A DNA stretch of 64,000 nt from Octopus sinensis (lineage: Eukaryota), in NCBI RefSeq assembly GCF_006345805.1, contig NC_043004.1, forward strand, positions 17,050,001 through 17,114,000, given 5' to 3'. The position numbers and the translations under genes were made by a program. Every line of letters begins with the position of its first letter. Position 1 is the stretch's first letter. Shown in pieces: positions 1 to 11,670 of the stretch. The notes beneath the pieces were generated by a model. It made no database searches and had not been told where the DNA came from. It worked only from the letters and a program-made list of their open reading frames with translations.

Positions 1-212
1 GTTCAATTGATTACATCCGACGTTATAATTCAAATGCCCCAACCAACAGCGCGCCAAACTTTCACGGAAAACAAATACAGCATTTAGAAATAAATGCAGC
101 ATAATTATAATTAATTAATAAGGGTGAAAGAATTAGATACTAATTTAATAGCATATTTATTCAACACCAAGTGGCCTAGTGCTACGAGAAACCTGGATTA
201 TTATAATATTTT
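1..212 (-). repeat. Inverted copy of part of the ~530-bp ribozyme-bearing unit (runs off the window start)
   Basis: Reverse complement of 1-212 matches ~348-559 almost exactly (GTTCAATTG at 1 vs CAATTGAAC ending at 559). Confidence 0.95.
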
Positions 213-624
213 AATATTAATATAATTATTATAATATATATACATGTATCTTCGTGGTTGAAACCTTTTGGATTAACTGGTGCTAGAGTGAGCAATATAT
301 TGACCACTCTCTTATATTTATTTTGTAAAAATATTATAATATGCTATAAAATATTATAATAATCCAGGTTTCTCGTAGCACTAGGCCACTTGGTGTTGAA
401 TAATATGCTATTAAATTAGTATCTAATTCTTTCACCCTATTAATTAATTATAATTATATGCTTTTTTTATTTCTAAATGCTGTATTTGTTTTCCGTGAAA
501 GTTTGGCGCGCTGTTGGTTGGGGCATTTGAATTATAACGTCGGATGTAATCAATTGAACCACACGCGTATTTATCGTTATGGTAAAATCTGGCGTGTGAT
601 TGAGTGGATTTCATCCAGATAGTC

Positions 625-701
625 TTGGCTGACGAGCTACAATGGATTTTTTTGTAAGTAATATTACATTTAATTCATTAATAGCGAAACAAATGTCCCA
701 A
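625..701 (+). ncRNA. Type I hammerhead ribozyme, copy 1
   Basis: Stem I TTGG(625-628)/CCAA(698-701); core CTGACGA 629-635; stem II GCTA/TAGC; GAAA 686-689; stem III ACAAATGT; GTC triplet 695-697. Confidence 0.8.
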
Positions 702-1150
702 AATAATCTGTATTTTTGTTATTTTTTACTTGCCCTGTCCGTGTGAGCTAACAGTCGTACTGGCTTTCATGGGAAACATGTATCTTCGTGTTGAAACCTT
801 TTGGATTAACTGGTGCTAGAGTGAGCAATATATTGACCACTCTCTATATTTTATTTTGTAAAAATATTATATGTTATAAAATATTATAATAATCCAGGTT
901 TCTCGTAGCACTAGGCCACTTGGTGTTGAATAAATATGCTATTAAATTAGTATCTAATTCTTTCACCCTTATTAATTAATACATTATGCTGCATTTATTT
1001 CTAAATGCTGTTTTGTTTTCCGTGAAAGTTTGGCGCGCTGTTGGTTGGGGCATTTGAATTATAACGTCGGATGTAATCAATTGAACCACACGCGTATTTA
1101 TCGTTATGGTAAAATCTGGCGTGTGATGAGTGGATTTCATCCAGATAGTC

Positions 1151-1228
1151 TTGGCTGACGAGCTACAAATGGATTTTTTTGTAAGTAATATTACATTTAA
1201 TTCATTAATAGCGAAACAATTGTCCCAA
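1151..1228 (+). ncRNA. Type I hammerhead ribozyme, copy 2
   Basis: TTGG-CTGACGA(1155-1161)-GCTA...TAGC-GAAA(1213-1216), palindromic stem III ACAATTGT, GTC 1222-1224, then CCAA. Confidence 0.85.
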
Positions 1229-1382
1229 AATAATCTGTATTTTTGTTATTTTTTACTTGCCCTGTCCGTGTGAGCTAACAGTCGTACTGGCTTTCATGGG
1301 AAACATGTATCTTCGTGGTTGAAACCTTTTGGATTAACTGGTGCTAGAGTGAGCAATATATTGACCACTCTCTTATATTTAT

Positions 1383-1432
<50 letters not shown>

Positions 1433-2379
1433 CATATATATATATATGCCTGAATGTGTTTGATGCGCGTGAAAGAGAGAATATGTGAGAGTCTCTGGAG
1501 ACTACTTCTGTATATTACACCTATTATATCTATGATGTGGGCAAGATTTCAACCGAGAAAGGCGAGGCCCGAAACTAGAGCCGAATACTCCCTGAAGCGT
1601 CACCTCTGTAACGACAACAATAAGATTATATCCGAAAGCGAGAGACTGTGTCTAGTTGGATTAATCTAGAATCTAACCTATCTAATCTAGTTTGTGTAAT
1701 TTGGCGTACAAATTATCATTCGGTAAATATAATTGAACAATCCCTCAGTAATCAGGAATGAATTAAAACTCAATCATATAAATATTAATGATGATATAAT
1801 TTAATTTCACTGTGATTATGTCAAACTTGCAAGTTTGATTTAATGAATTTTTCGATCATTCTTGATCTCATTAAGATTCGATTATTTACGAAAGATACCC
1901 AATATATTGTGAAAGCACACTAAGTCGATAAAACAAATAAGTCGATAAATTTATCACATTTGAAGCGTAAAAGTATAGTAGGCATCCTAGTATTTCTGAT
2001 GACACCCATTTTATAGAAAAAAGATTTATATCAACAATAGACATAAAGCCGTTATTTTCACGGTTATCATCAGCGAGAAACGATGATTTGCATATTTAGT
2101 TTTAATACGTTTCGGCAGATTTGAATACAAATATGCTAATAGCTGTTGTGTTCGTCACTTCTCATTTACGGCGACTATGTGTTCATAACACATCAGATTC
2201 ATTAATGAAAGGGATTTTTGAGACCGGTGTTTCAACAAGTTGTATCTCCTTAGACAGAAGTACCGGGACTAACGAATCTAATGACTCGTTGAATTTTAAA
2301 AGAATATGTGCATTCTTGATAAATTTACTGTCATGAATTGCGTGGTAATTTATGACAGTAAATATTATTATCAGTGACA

Positions 2380-2586
2380 GGGCGGCATACTTGCAGAATG
2401 GTTAGTGAGTAAGGTCAAATACTTAGCGGCGTTTCGTCCGTCTTCAAATTCCACTGTGGCTGACTTTGTCTTTCATCCTTTCGGGGTCGATAAAATAAGT
2501 ACAAGTTGAGCCCTGGGGACATGTAATGGACGTAAACCCTTACCCGAAATTTCAGGCCTTGTGCCTATAGTATAAAGGAATGTTAT
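2380..2586 (+). mobile_element. tRNA-derived SINE, Nin/Deu-domain-like family
   Basis: GGCGGC head, CTTTCATCCTTTCGGGGTCGATAAAATAAGTAC core and shared tail, as in other copies in the window. Confidence 0.8.
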
Positions 2587-2598
2587 CATTGGTTACTG

Positions 2599-2818
2599 GG
2601 CGGCGGGCTAGCAGGATCGTTAGCGCATGGGGTAAAATGCTTAGCGACATTTCGTTCGCCCTTACGTTCTGATTTCAAATCCGGCCGAGGTCGGCTTTGC
2701 CTTGCTTCCTTACACAGTCGATAAAATAAGTACCAGTTGAGAACTGGGGTCGAGATAATAGATTTATCCCTACCTCTTGGAATTACACCCTTGTGCCAAA
2801 ACTTGAATTTAATGTTAT
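2599..2818 (+). mobile_element. Nin/Deu-like SINE copy
   Basis: GGCGGCGGGCTAGCAGGATCGTTAGC head and GTCGATAAAATAAGTACCAGTTGAG core. Confidence 0.85.
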
Positions 2819-2899
2819 TAATGGTAACAGAACAGTGTGTCAGGAGAATCGTTTGTGCGTTGGGGAAAATGCTTCGCGACATTTCTTCCGAATTTTTAA

Positions 2900-3110
2900 G
2901 GCGGCGAGCAGGTAGAATCGTTAGCAAGCCGGGCAAAATGCTTAGCGGCATTTCCTCACGTTTTGAGTTTAAATTCTGCCGAGGTCGAGTTTGCCTTTCA
3001 TCCTTCGAAGTCGATAAAATAAGTACCAGTTGAGCACTGTGGTTGATATAATAGACCTACCCCATTCCAACAAATTTCTGGCCGTGTACAAACATTTTGA
3101 AACCAATATT
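2900..3110 (+). mobile_element. Nin/Deu-like SINE copy
   Basis: GGCGGCGAGCAGGTAGAATCGTTAGC head, GCCTTTCATCCTT core, GAAACCAATATT tail. Confidence 0.85.
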
Positions 3111-3159
3111 ACGTGATAGAAACGTATGGCGCCCTTAAATACGGATTTGAAGATTATAG

Positions 3160-3195
<36 letters not shown>

Positions 3196-3869
3196 AGTAG
3201 TAGTAGTAGTAGTAGTAGTATGGTTCATTGAATATATATTTTATAACATAAGATACTGACAACGCTGGTGTTGATAGTGCAAGTGTCAGGTATAAGAGGC
3301 CTGTAGATAACTCTCGAACGTACAGAGGCGGGGAGTTTTGCTCTTATTTTACTCTATAAAAGCTGAAATAGACTATTATTCAATAGAAGAAGCTTACACC
3401 GACATTATCTATTGTTGGAGAATATTTCTCACTCAAAACCATCTGTTAACTACGATGAAATTGCTTGGGGTTTTGTAAAAGTGATATCTGATACGCATTA
3501 TTATTAGAGAGCAATGGAAAAACGTAAAGTTTACACTACCTATCAGAGATCATATGATACATGTGTATGTTTGTATAGAAGCATAGACATGGATGCATAC
3601 ACACACAGGCTTACTTATATATATATACATATATAAATACTTTCATTTGTCTATATTCATTTTTCTCTTCTTCTACTGCTCTTTCACACGTTCGGTGATA
3701 TTCACATATGGCCCCCATTTTTTTTCATCACTTCGCTATTTGCTTGGCTTGCATACAATCTGTCTGATTCACTTTCACAACATATGCATATATTTGTGCA
3801 TAGCATATATGCGTGTGTGTATATGTGTGCGTATAGCTGTATATGTGTGAGTGTATTTGTATGTTTGTA

Positions 3870-3895
3870 TGTATATATGTGCATAGCATATATGC

Positions 3896-3937
<42 letters not shown>

Positions 3938-4158
3938 AGTATATATTGTATTTATGTATGCAGTATGTATAATATATATATATATATATATAATATATAT
4001 AATATATATATATATGTATGTATGTATATATATATATATATTTCTCTTGCATTTATGCATATTTTTAACATATATCTATTTGCATATATATATACATATA
4101 TATATTATGTGTGTGTTTGTGTGTGCGTATGTGTATGCATATATATATATATATATAT

Positions 4159-4225
<67 letters not shown>

Positions 4226-4453
4226 TATCTGTTTGTATACATAAATGCGTAAATATGTATATGTACGCATACATATATAACCAGGATTATTTGTGTGTAT
4301 CAGTGAATATAGATATCTAAATACCTGTATGTGTGTGTGTATGTATGTATGCACCTGATTTATACTTCCCATACCAACTTATATATTCATTCAATTCTAC
4401 ACAAACATACGTTTTGGCATAGGTGCAGTTGTAATCGCACGCACGCACGCACA

Positions 4454-4521
<68 letters not shown>

Positions 4522-4792
4522 CTGTGCTTTCTCCCCATATTTAGCTATAGTTTTTGCTTTCCGAAAATTGAATGGAAAGCAATATATTCGGCAAGATATA
4601 TCGCACACATATCATAAAAAAAGTATACACGCACGGACATATATACTTACAACTTACAAGCAACAAACAAATGCACACGCGCCATGACACACACTACAGA
4701 CGTCTAAAAAAATAGATACATACATACATACATACATACATACATACATGCATGCATGCATGCATGCATACATACATACATACATACATACA

Positions 4793-4826
<34 letters not shown>

Positions 4827-4977
4827 GACAGACAGACGGACAGACGGACTGAAGGACGGATGGACGGACGGACGGATGGACGGACGGACGGATGGACAGA
4901 CAGAAGAACGGATTGATGGGCGGATGGATGGACAAAGAGATAGAGTTAGACAGAGATACATATATATTTAGACAGAC

Positions 4978-5062
<85 letters not shown>

Positions 5063-5065
5063 TTC

Positions 5066-5118
<53 letters not shown>
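3870..5118. repeat. Compound microsatellite block: (TA)n, (GATA)n, (CA)n, (TACA)n, (GACA/GACG)n
   Basis: Directly visible; source of the IY/LSIY/MYVC ORFs. Confidence 0.95.
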
Positions 5119-5119
<1 letters not shown>

Positions 5120-5597
5120 GCTTCTTTATTGGCCACACAGGGCTGCACACAGATGGGACAAGTTACAAGGTAGAGCTTTTCTTTTGGGGGATGAAAAAAA
5201 GGGGGTGGCGTACGTTTTCGATCAAGAGGGATCGTAAAAGGGAAGAAAAGAACAAAAAAAATAGAATAAAAAATAAAAAGAATAAAAGAAGAAAAAAAAG
5301 GAAGGGAAAGGAACAAAAGAAAAGAGAAATGAAAAAAAAAGAAAAAGGGGAAAAAAAAAGAAAGGGAAAGGAACAAAAGAAAAGAGAAATGAAAAAAGAA
5401 GAAAAAGGGCAAAAAAAGGGGAAGAGGAAAAAAAAAAAAAAGGAACGATCAATAGGGATCGTGTATCACAGTGTTATGATATATGGTGTAAAGGGGAAAG
5501 CAAGTAAGGTTTATCCGTGGGAAGAAAAGCCTACGAAAAAGACCACGGTAACCTTGGTCAATATTGTTATATGTTACCACATTTGTTTGCAAGTGGG
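5119..5597 (-). mobile_element. Probable LINE 3' UTR fragment (L1/Tx1-like) inserted in (TATC)n
   Basis: On the minus strand a T-rich tract leads to CAGCCCTGTGTGGCC-AATAAA-GAAGC followed directly by (TATC)n; (GATA)n on both flanks. No coding motif, so the clade is inferred. Confidence 0.45.
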
Positions 5598-5605
5598 TAG
5601 ATAGA

Positions 5606-5647
<42 letters not shown>

Positions 5648-5750
5648 CAGACAGACAGACGGATGGATGGGCGGATGAATGGACAGATAAAGAGAGAGAG
5701 AGAGAGAGAGAGAGAGAGTTAGACAGAGATATATATTTAGACAGACAGAC

Positions 5751-5822
<72 letters not shown>
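5598..5822. repeat. (GATA)n/(GACA)n/(GA)n compound microsatellite
   Basis: Directly visible. Confidence 0.95.
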
Positions 5823-5823
<1 letters not shown>

Positions 5824-6459
5824 TACCTGATCAATTGAGTGGGATCTTGGGCAGCTTCCGCTCCTCAGCGCACTAACAGTCTCCTCACTCGAGTCACCAG
5901 TGCAGCGTTTTTCAGCTAGCAGCTCTAGTAAAGCTATACTGGTGAAGGGCGCGTCTGGCAGATAATGATATGGTTTTTAGACTGCTCATAATTAATAAGA
6001 AGTCGTAGACCAATAGTGTCAGTATACAACAGAATTCGGGGACCCAAAAATTATTGCTGCTGGAACTATAGAAAAAATTGTGTCCTACGTCGATGCTTTA
6101 TTACAAAGAGAATAAAGTTCGCTTCAAATAAACTTTTTCTTCCTTCTTTGGGTTAAGTAGTTTCAGTCTGTCCTCTTGCCAGGTTTCATATTTTTGATAT
6201 TCTTTTGGGCGAACTGGGTGTCAATGAATGCTTGCTACTTCATGTGTACCTAAGCTAAAAGGGAGGGTAGAGACCACAGCCCAGTGATGTCGTTCACAAC
6301 CCAGCTGTGGGTTTTCGCGCATATTGTCTTTTTAGAGAATTTTCTCCCGAGACAATTTCCGAGCTGAAGGACTTTTCACGTCCGAGAATTCACGAACGTG
6401 TTAAATATAATTGTAAGCGCCTATATTGCAACCGATGCCGCTTCATCATCTCTATTTAA

Positions 6460-6707
6460 TACATACATACATACATACATACATACATACATACATACAT
6501 ACATACATACATACATACAACACATACATACATACACATGCATGCATACATACATACATACATACATACATACATAATACATACATACATACATACATAC
6601 TACATACATCATACATACATACATACATACATACATACACACATACATACATACATGCATGCATACATACATGCATACATACATACATACATACATACAT
6701 ACATACA

Positions 6708-6737
<30 letters not shown>
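6460..6737. repeat. (TACA)n microsatellite
   Basis: Directly visible. Confidence 0.95.
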
Positions 6738-6738
<1 letters not shown>

Positions 6739-6743
6739 GCTCA

Positions 6744-6880
6744 ACTAGCACTTATTTTCTCGGCCGCAAATGGGATGAAAGATAAAGTTGACCACTGCAG
6801 AATTTGAACTAGAAACGTAAATGCCGAAATGCCGCTATGCAATTTTCCCAGCGCGCTGACGATTCTGCCTGTTCGCCGCT
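6744..6880 (-). mobile_element. Nin/Deu-like SINE, 5' part, diverged
   Basis: GGGATGAAAGATAAAGTTGACC...GAATTTGAAC...GATTCTGCCTGTTCGCCGC matches the reverse complement of the family. Confidence 0.7.
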
Positions 6881-7115
6881 TTCACATACATATATATCCT
6901 TGCGTAGACATATGTGAATGCACATTTGTGTGCATCAGTCCTTGTATGTGTGAGCGTGCACAGATACAAAACATCTGTGGATGGATTGTTTGTACAGTCT
7001 CAGGCAATCTAGAACAGGCCAACAAAGAGATAAGATATCTCCCATATAGATTATTATGGTGATTCAATTCAATAATGCCATACAAAGACCTATACCAGCT
7101 TGTTTCACGCTGTAG

Positions 7116-7198
7116 AAAATGTTAATATATTTTCACTAGTCACCATCTTCTTTTCTGGTCACCTCATTGAACATTTCACAGTATTACAAAATATTATA
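7116..7198 (+). CDS. Candidate internal exon (NVNIFSLVTIFFSGHLIEHFTVLQNII)
   Basis: CTTGTTTCACGCTGTAG acceptor, 83 bp open in phase 1-0, ATA|GTAAGT donor. No homology recognised. Confidence 0.3.
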
Positions 7199-8313
7199 GT
7201 AAGTCATAAAATTTAAATCTACTTTCATTACCAAGTTCTCTTCCTGGTAGAATAACATGCCTTTGTGTATATGTCGAGAAAAAAATATATAAATCGGCGT
7301 TGTTGCTTTGGTTTAGATACTTATTACAGTCTTTATGAATGGTCTTTTTTTTTATAGTCATATTCTTTTTTCGAAACAGAGTTATCAGCCTCGTTATATA
7401 TTTGTACATGATGGGATTTATCGTTGGAAGAACACATAAAGGGAACATTCTTCAATTTTACAATCAGTGTAGAAGTTATTATTATGAGTAGACGGAATAA
7501 TAAAGTCAAGAGATACTTTTTTGAAATGTTGTCGAGAGTCTCTTGATATTTGTATATTACAAAGCATGAGCTTAATGTTATTTTACATAGTCACAGATTA
7601 TACCAAATCAAGCAATTCTTTCTCTCACACAGTCTTTTTTTATCTTATTCAATCTCTCTCTTTTTCTCTCTTTCCACTCTCTCTCTCTTTCGCTCGCTCT
7701 CTCTCTCTCTCTCACTTTCTCTCTCTTTCTCTCTCTCTCTGTCTATGTATGTATTTATATATATATATATAGCAATCAGATTAAAACTTGGTGACAATGT
7801 AGTTACGTAACTTGTTACTTAACAATATTACGATCGTTTCGATAGTTACAGGAACCGTTTCATCGTTATACATTTGTTTGTATACATGATTAAATAATTA
7901 ATTAATAAATGAAATAGTTCGCCTCCAGCCGTTCTCGTTAGACCCTGCAGTTATTATGGTAATGATGGATGACTTTCAGAGTTTCCAGCAAACGCTTATA
8001 ATGGTGAAGGTGTGTTACATAGCATGAGAATCATAGACATCAGGAATTCTCTAACCAGATGAAACAGTAGATGGAATTTGTAGATAACCGACGTATCAAA
8101 TCACATTCTTATATTTGTTATAAGCTTGCCAAAGTTACAGTCCCCGACAGCTCAAGATATCAGATAATTTAAAAGCATGCTTGTATAGTAAATATAAAGA
8201 AAGGCAATCACTTCTATACCTCTACTGCTCTAATCATGATAAAGATGGAATCTACATAATTTAAAACAGAGGTTTTAGAATAACTAAATGAAGAAGAACA
8301 GGATACCAATTGG

Positions 8314-8356
<43 letters not shown>

Positions 8357-8532
8357 GTGTGTGTGTGTGTGTGTGTGTACATATATAATCCAGTAGATAT
8401 CCCGTTTTTCTTTATTTAGTTATTTTCAAGCCTCTGTTTTAAAGTTTCTTTCCTTCCCTGAGCGTCTGCTAATACTTTACACGCTGTTTTTTTTTCTTGC
8501 CTTGCTTTTCCTCATTTTCTGGGGTATATAAG

Positions 8533-8576
<44 letters not shown>

Positions 8577-8818
8577 TGTGATAAATGTAAAGAAACTAAT
8601 GTGAATGTGTATTGTGAGATACAAATAGGACGATAATTTATTTTCAAACACATAAACGCTGGTTAGAACAGCAGAGATTGGTTAAGGTGTCCATACAAAT
8701 CGGAAAAGTTGTCAGCGAACTGCTGTTATGTCGCATTTTTATCTCTCAATATATGTGTGGTGTATATATTATATATATATATATCTATGTAGATATATAA
8801 TATTATAATATATATATA

Positions 8819-8871
<53 letters not shown>

Positions 8872-8873
<2 letters not shown>

Positions 8874-9187
8874 CTTTTACTTGTTTCAGTCAGTTGACTG
8901 CGGCCATGCTGGAGCACTGACTTTAGTCGAACAATTCGACCCCAGGACTTATTCTTTGTAAGCCTAGTACGTCGGTTGTGAAGCGGTGATAGGAGGACAA
9001 ACACAGTCACACAAATACACACGCATATGTTTATACAAACGGATTTCTTTCCGATTCCGTCAATCAAATCGACTCACAAGACTTTGGTCGGCCTGAGGAT
9101 ATAGAAGACATATGCCCAAGGTGCCTCGTGCAGGAACTGAACCCGGAGGCATACGGTTGGGAAACACACTTCTTACCTTACAGTCAT
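8872..9187 (-). mobile_element. tRNA-derived CORE-type SINE with internal deletion
   Basis: TTGTTTCAGTC...GACTGCGGCCATGCTGGAGCAC tail, GCCCAAGGTGCC core (rc CCTTGGGC), ACTGAACCCGG B-box region. Confidence 0.8.
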
Positions 9188-10540
9188 ATATATCCTCTCG
9201 ATCTCGATATGTATCTCAATTGTTTGATCAACTTAACTATTTACACATTGAAATATAAAAGAAATGGCTGAATATTCCACAGGTATTATACTCGTAAAGT
9301 GATTCTCAATCAGAGACGTCAACGTGATAGTATAGTCAATCACGTGACTTACAGGTACAGTTAATTGCACGTTCTCATATTCAGTTTCTGTCAACCTAGA
9401 TTCATTTTAAAGGCTTATGTAGAAGAGACCCGATGGTGGAAGACACATTTATTAAAGGTGATATGCTGTGGGATCGAACCTGGAATCTCATATTTTGCGA
9501 AGTAAAAGGCTTATTTTTCATCATACCAGCAAACAGGCATAAATGCATATGTACGAAACATCAGGCGATCCTCAATATTCTTGGTCGACCTACTAAACAC
9601 AGGAGTCAAATCCCATTCTCCATAACTTTAAAAAGGGGAACGACAACGATTTTCCTGGTAGGGTGGTCACGTATGAAGTGGGGAACGCTTTTGATATTTT
9701 ATTTCAACTCGATCAAGAATTATCTGGGGTTACAAAAGATCAAGAACCTGAACATAAACACACATAGGCTGAGTGAAATATATGAGCATATATATGCTTT
9801 TAACGACTACAGTATAAAATCTGAAAACAGTCATCTCTGTGCTTAATACCCCTTGATATTTTAATGTTAATTAATATTCAAGTAGCAGAGACACTGGAGT
9901 GCCACACCAGATGGATTTCACTAAATAGTTAAGTGACCCTTTAGATTATAAAGGTTTTTAATTCAAGAGCACTTCAGATAAATTACACATTTTCCCTATA
10001 CGTGACAATACGATAAAGGCAATTCATCTCATGCGATGTATTTGATGAATCATATATCTTCTTTGCAGATGCATGTGCCTTGTGCCAACGTAAGGTATCA
10101 GTATACGATTTCGTGTAAAATAATACTGAGACATCATACATAGATTTATGTTGCTTTTGTTATGAAATGGATATTCAGAAATTTAATAACTTGTACACTC
10201 AAGCATATACTGAATCACACACACACAAACACTGATATACGTTATCGTGCTTCACTGCAGGTGGGGGTGAGAATGAATATATTATCAACAGCTTGCAAAG
10301 AAAGAGGAGAAACAAAACATTTCTCCGAATAATTGGGTTCTTTTATTTTTCATATTTCATAATAGGAATCTCTCCCGAAAGATTATTAAATAGTCTTTAT
10401 AACGCAATAAAATATGTTCTTGATGTTTGTTTTTATTTACTGACATCATCTTTCATATTTTTCCTACCTCCTCACCTGCATTGCATGAAAGCTTTGAAAC
10501 CATTTATATCACGTATTGCAATGCTTCAAATATCCTGTTT

Positions 10541-10542
<2 letters not shown>

Positions 10543-10625
<83 letters not shown>

Positions 10626-10937
10626 TATATAATAATATATATATATATATATCATATATAATATACATACATATAATTACATATATATATATATATATCA
10701 TATATATACATACATATATAATATATATATATTATTTATATATTATATATATATATATATATTATATATTATATATATATATATAATATATTATATAATA
10801 TATATATATATAATATATATATATATACATATCTTTGATACTTTGATAGGTTTCGGCCATTATTGGCCCAGGCCATGTCTAACTTACTAGCACCACCTGG
10901 TGAATATATATATATTTATATATATATATATATATAT
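10543..10937. repeat. (TA)n tracts
   Basis: Directly visible; interrupted by a ~65-bp unique motif at ~10835-10902. Confidence 0.95.
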
Positions 10938-11367
10938 AAATTTAAAATTAAAATAATAAGGGTGAAAAATTGAATGTTAATTTGATTAATATCAATTTGA
11001 AACCAGTGGTCTAGCATATTAAAATCTCAAGATTCAGAAATCTTTTAGCGCGCCAAAACGGAGACTTTTGAAACATAACCCCAAGTGTAATTGGAAGACC
11101 TGTATACATGTTCAATCTCATGCGGACTTCTCGTGTATAGTTCTGCAAATTGTATTTGCAAAGACGATCATACTGATGAGCTACGGACAATTACGTTGCG
11201 AAACTGGTTTGTCATTAATCTATATTCTGTTTCTTTTCATTTGCCCTGCTCGCTTACGTTCTGGTGTTTGCTAAATTTTCTTGGGAACATTCCTTTCTTA
11301 GTGGTAAAACCATAGCGCATCTACTTCTAGCATACTGGATGTCCCCGTAGTGGTCATCCCTCTTATA
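10938..11367 (+). mobile_element. Diverged relative of the 243-1382 unit (Penelope-like terminus) between (TA)n tracts
   Basis: Shares the hammerhead, TAATCTRTATT...TTGCCCTG, TGGGA(A)ACAT...GTGGT..AAACC and the terminal CTCTTATAT with the tandem unit. Confidence 0.65.
11166..11216 (+). ncRNA. Minimal type I hammerhead ribozyme
   Basis: CTGATGA 11173-11179; stem II GCTACG/CGTTGC (5 of 6 pairs); GAAA 11200-11203; stem III ACTGGT (one CpG-type change from palindromic ACCGGT); GTT triplet; stem I GATCATA/TGTCATT with one mismatch. Confidence 0.7.
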
Positions 11368-11403
11368 TGTATGTAATATATATGTATATATATATTTATA
11401 TAT

Positions 11404-11472
<69 letters not shown>

Positions 11473-11615
11473 CTATATATATACAACTATTCCGAAATAC
11501 TTTTCTTACCCGACATGCAGTTTGAAAGAAGCCCGCCATTTACCGAATATATGATTTATAAACATTCCATGTGCTTGGCCTAGGACTAGATGTCTGTTCG
11601 TCTTCGCTACGTTAG

Positions 11616-11670
11616 GTTGGTGGTTTATTTATGATGTGTTCAGAATCAGTTCTGCTGAGGATCATAAGAC
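11616..11670 (+). CDS. Candidate 55-bp exon (WWFIYDVFRISSAEDHK or VGGLFMMCSESVLLRIIR)
   Basis: TCTGTTCGTCTTCGCTACGTTAG acceptor, GAC|GTAAGT donor, two open frames. Confidence 0.35.

Larger units (their letters stand above)
243..1382 (+). mobile_element. Head-to-tail array of a ~530-bp unit (2 full + 1 partial), Penelope-like pLTR / retrozyme-like
   Basis: CATGTATCTTCGTG recurs at 243, 777 and 1304 (periods 534 and 527). Copies differ mainly by small indels. Each full unit has a hammerhead, and the array ends in (TA)n. The repeat is certain; the family assignment is inference. Confidence 0.8.

Noticed and set aside
243-1382. Regularly spaced repeats as a CRISPR array
   Set aside because: Whole ~530-bp units repeat with no unique spacers, in a eukaryotic context with no cas genes.
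1520-1580. Hammerhead-like ATGATGT-GGGC...GCCC-GAAAC
   Set aside because: C3 and A9 are changed, with no valid stem III or cleavage triplet.
3593-6807. Many 60-250 aa ORFs (IYIY, LSIY, MYVC, HTHT; likewise the poly-S/T/L/I/R ORFs at 29-31, 42, 48 and 63 kb)
   Set aside because: They are translations of stop-free microsatellites, not genes.
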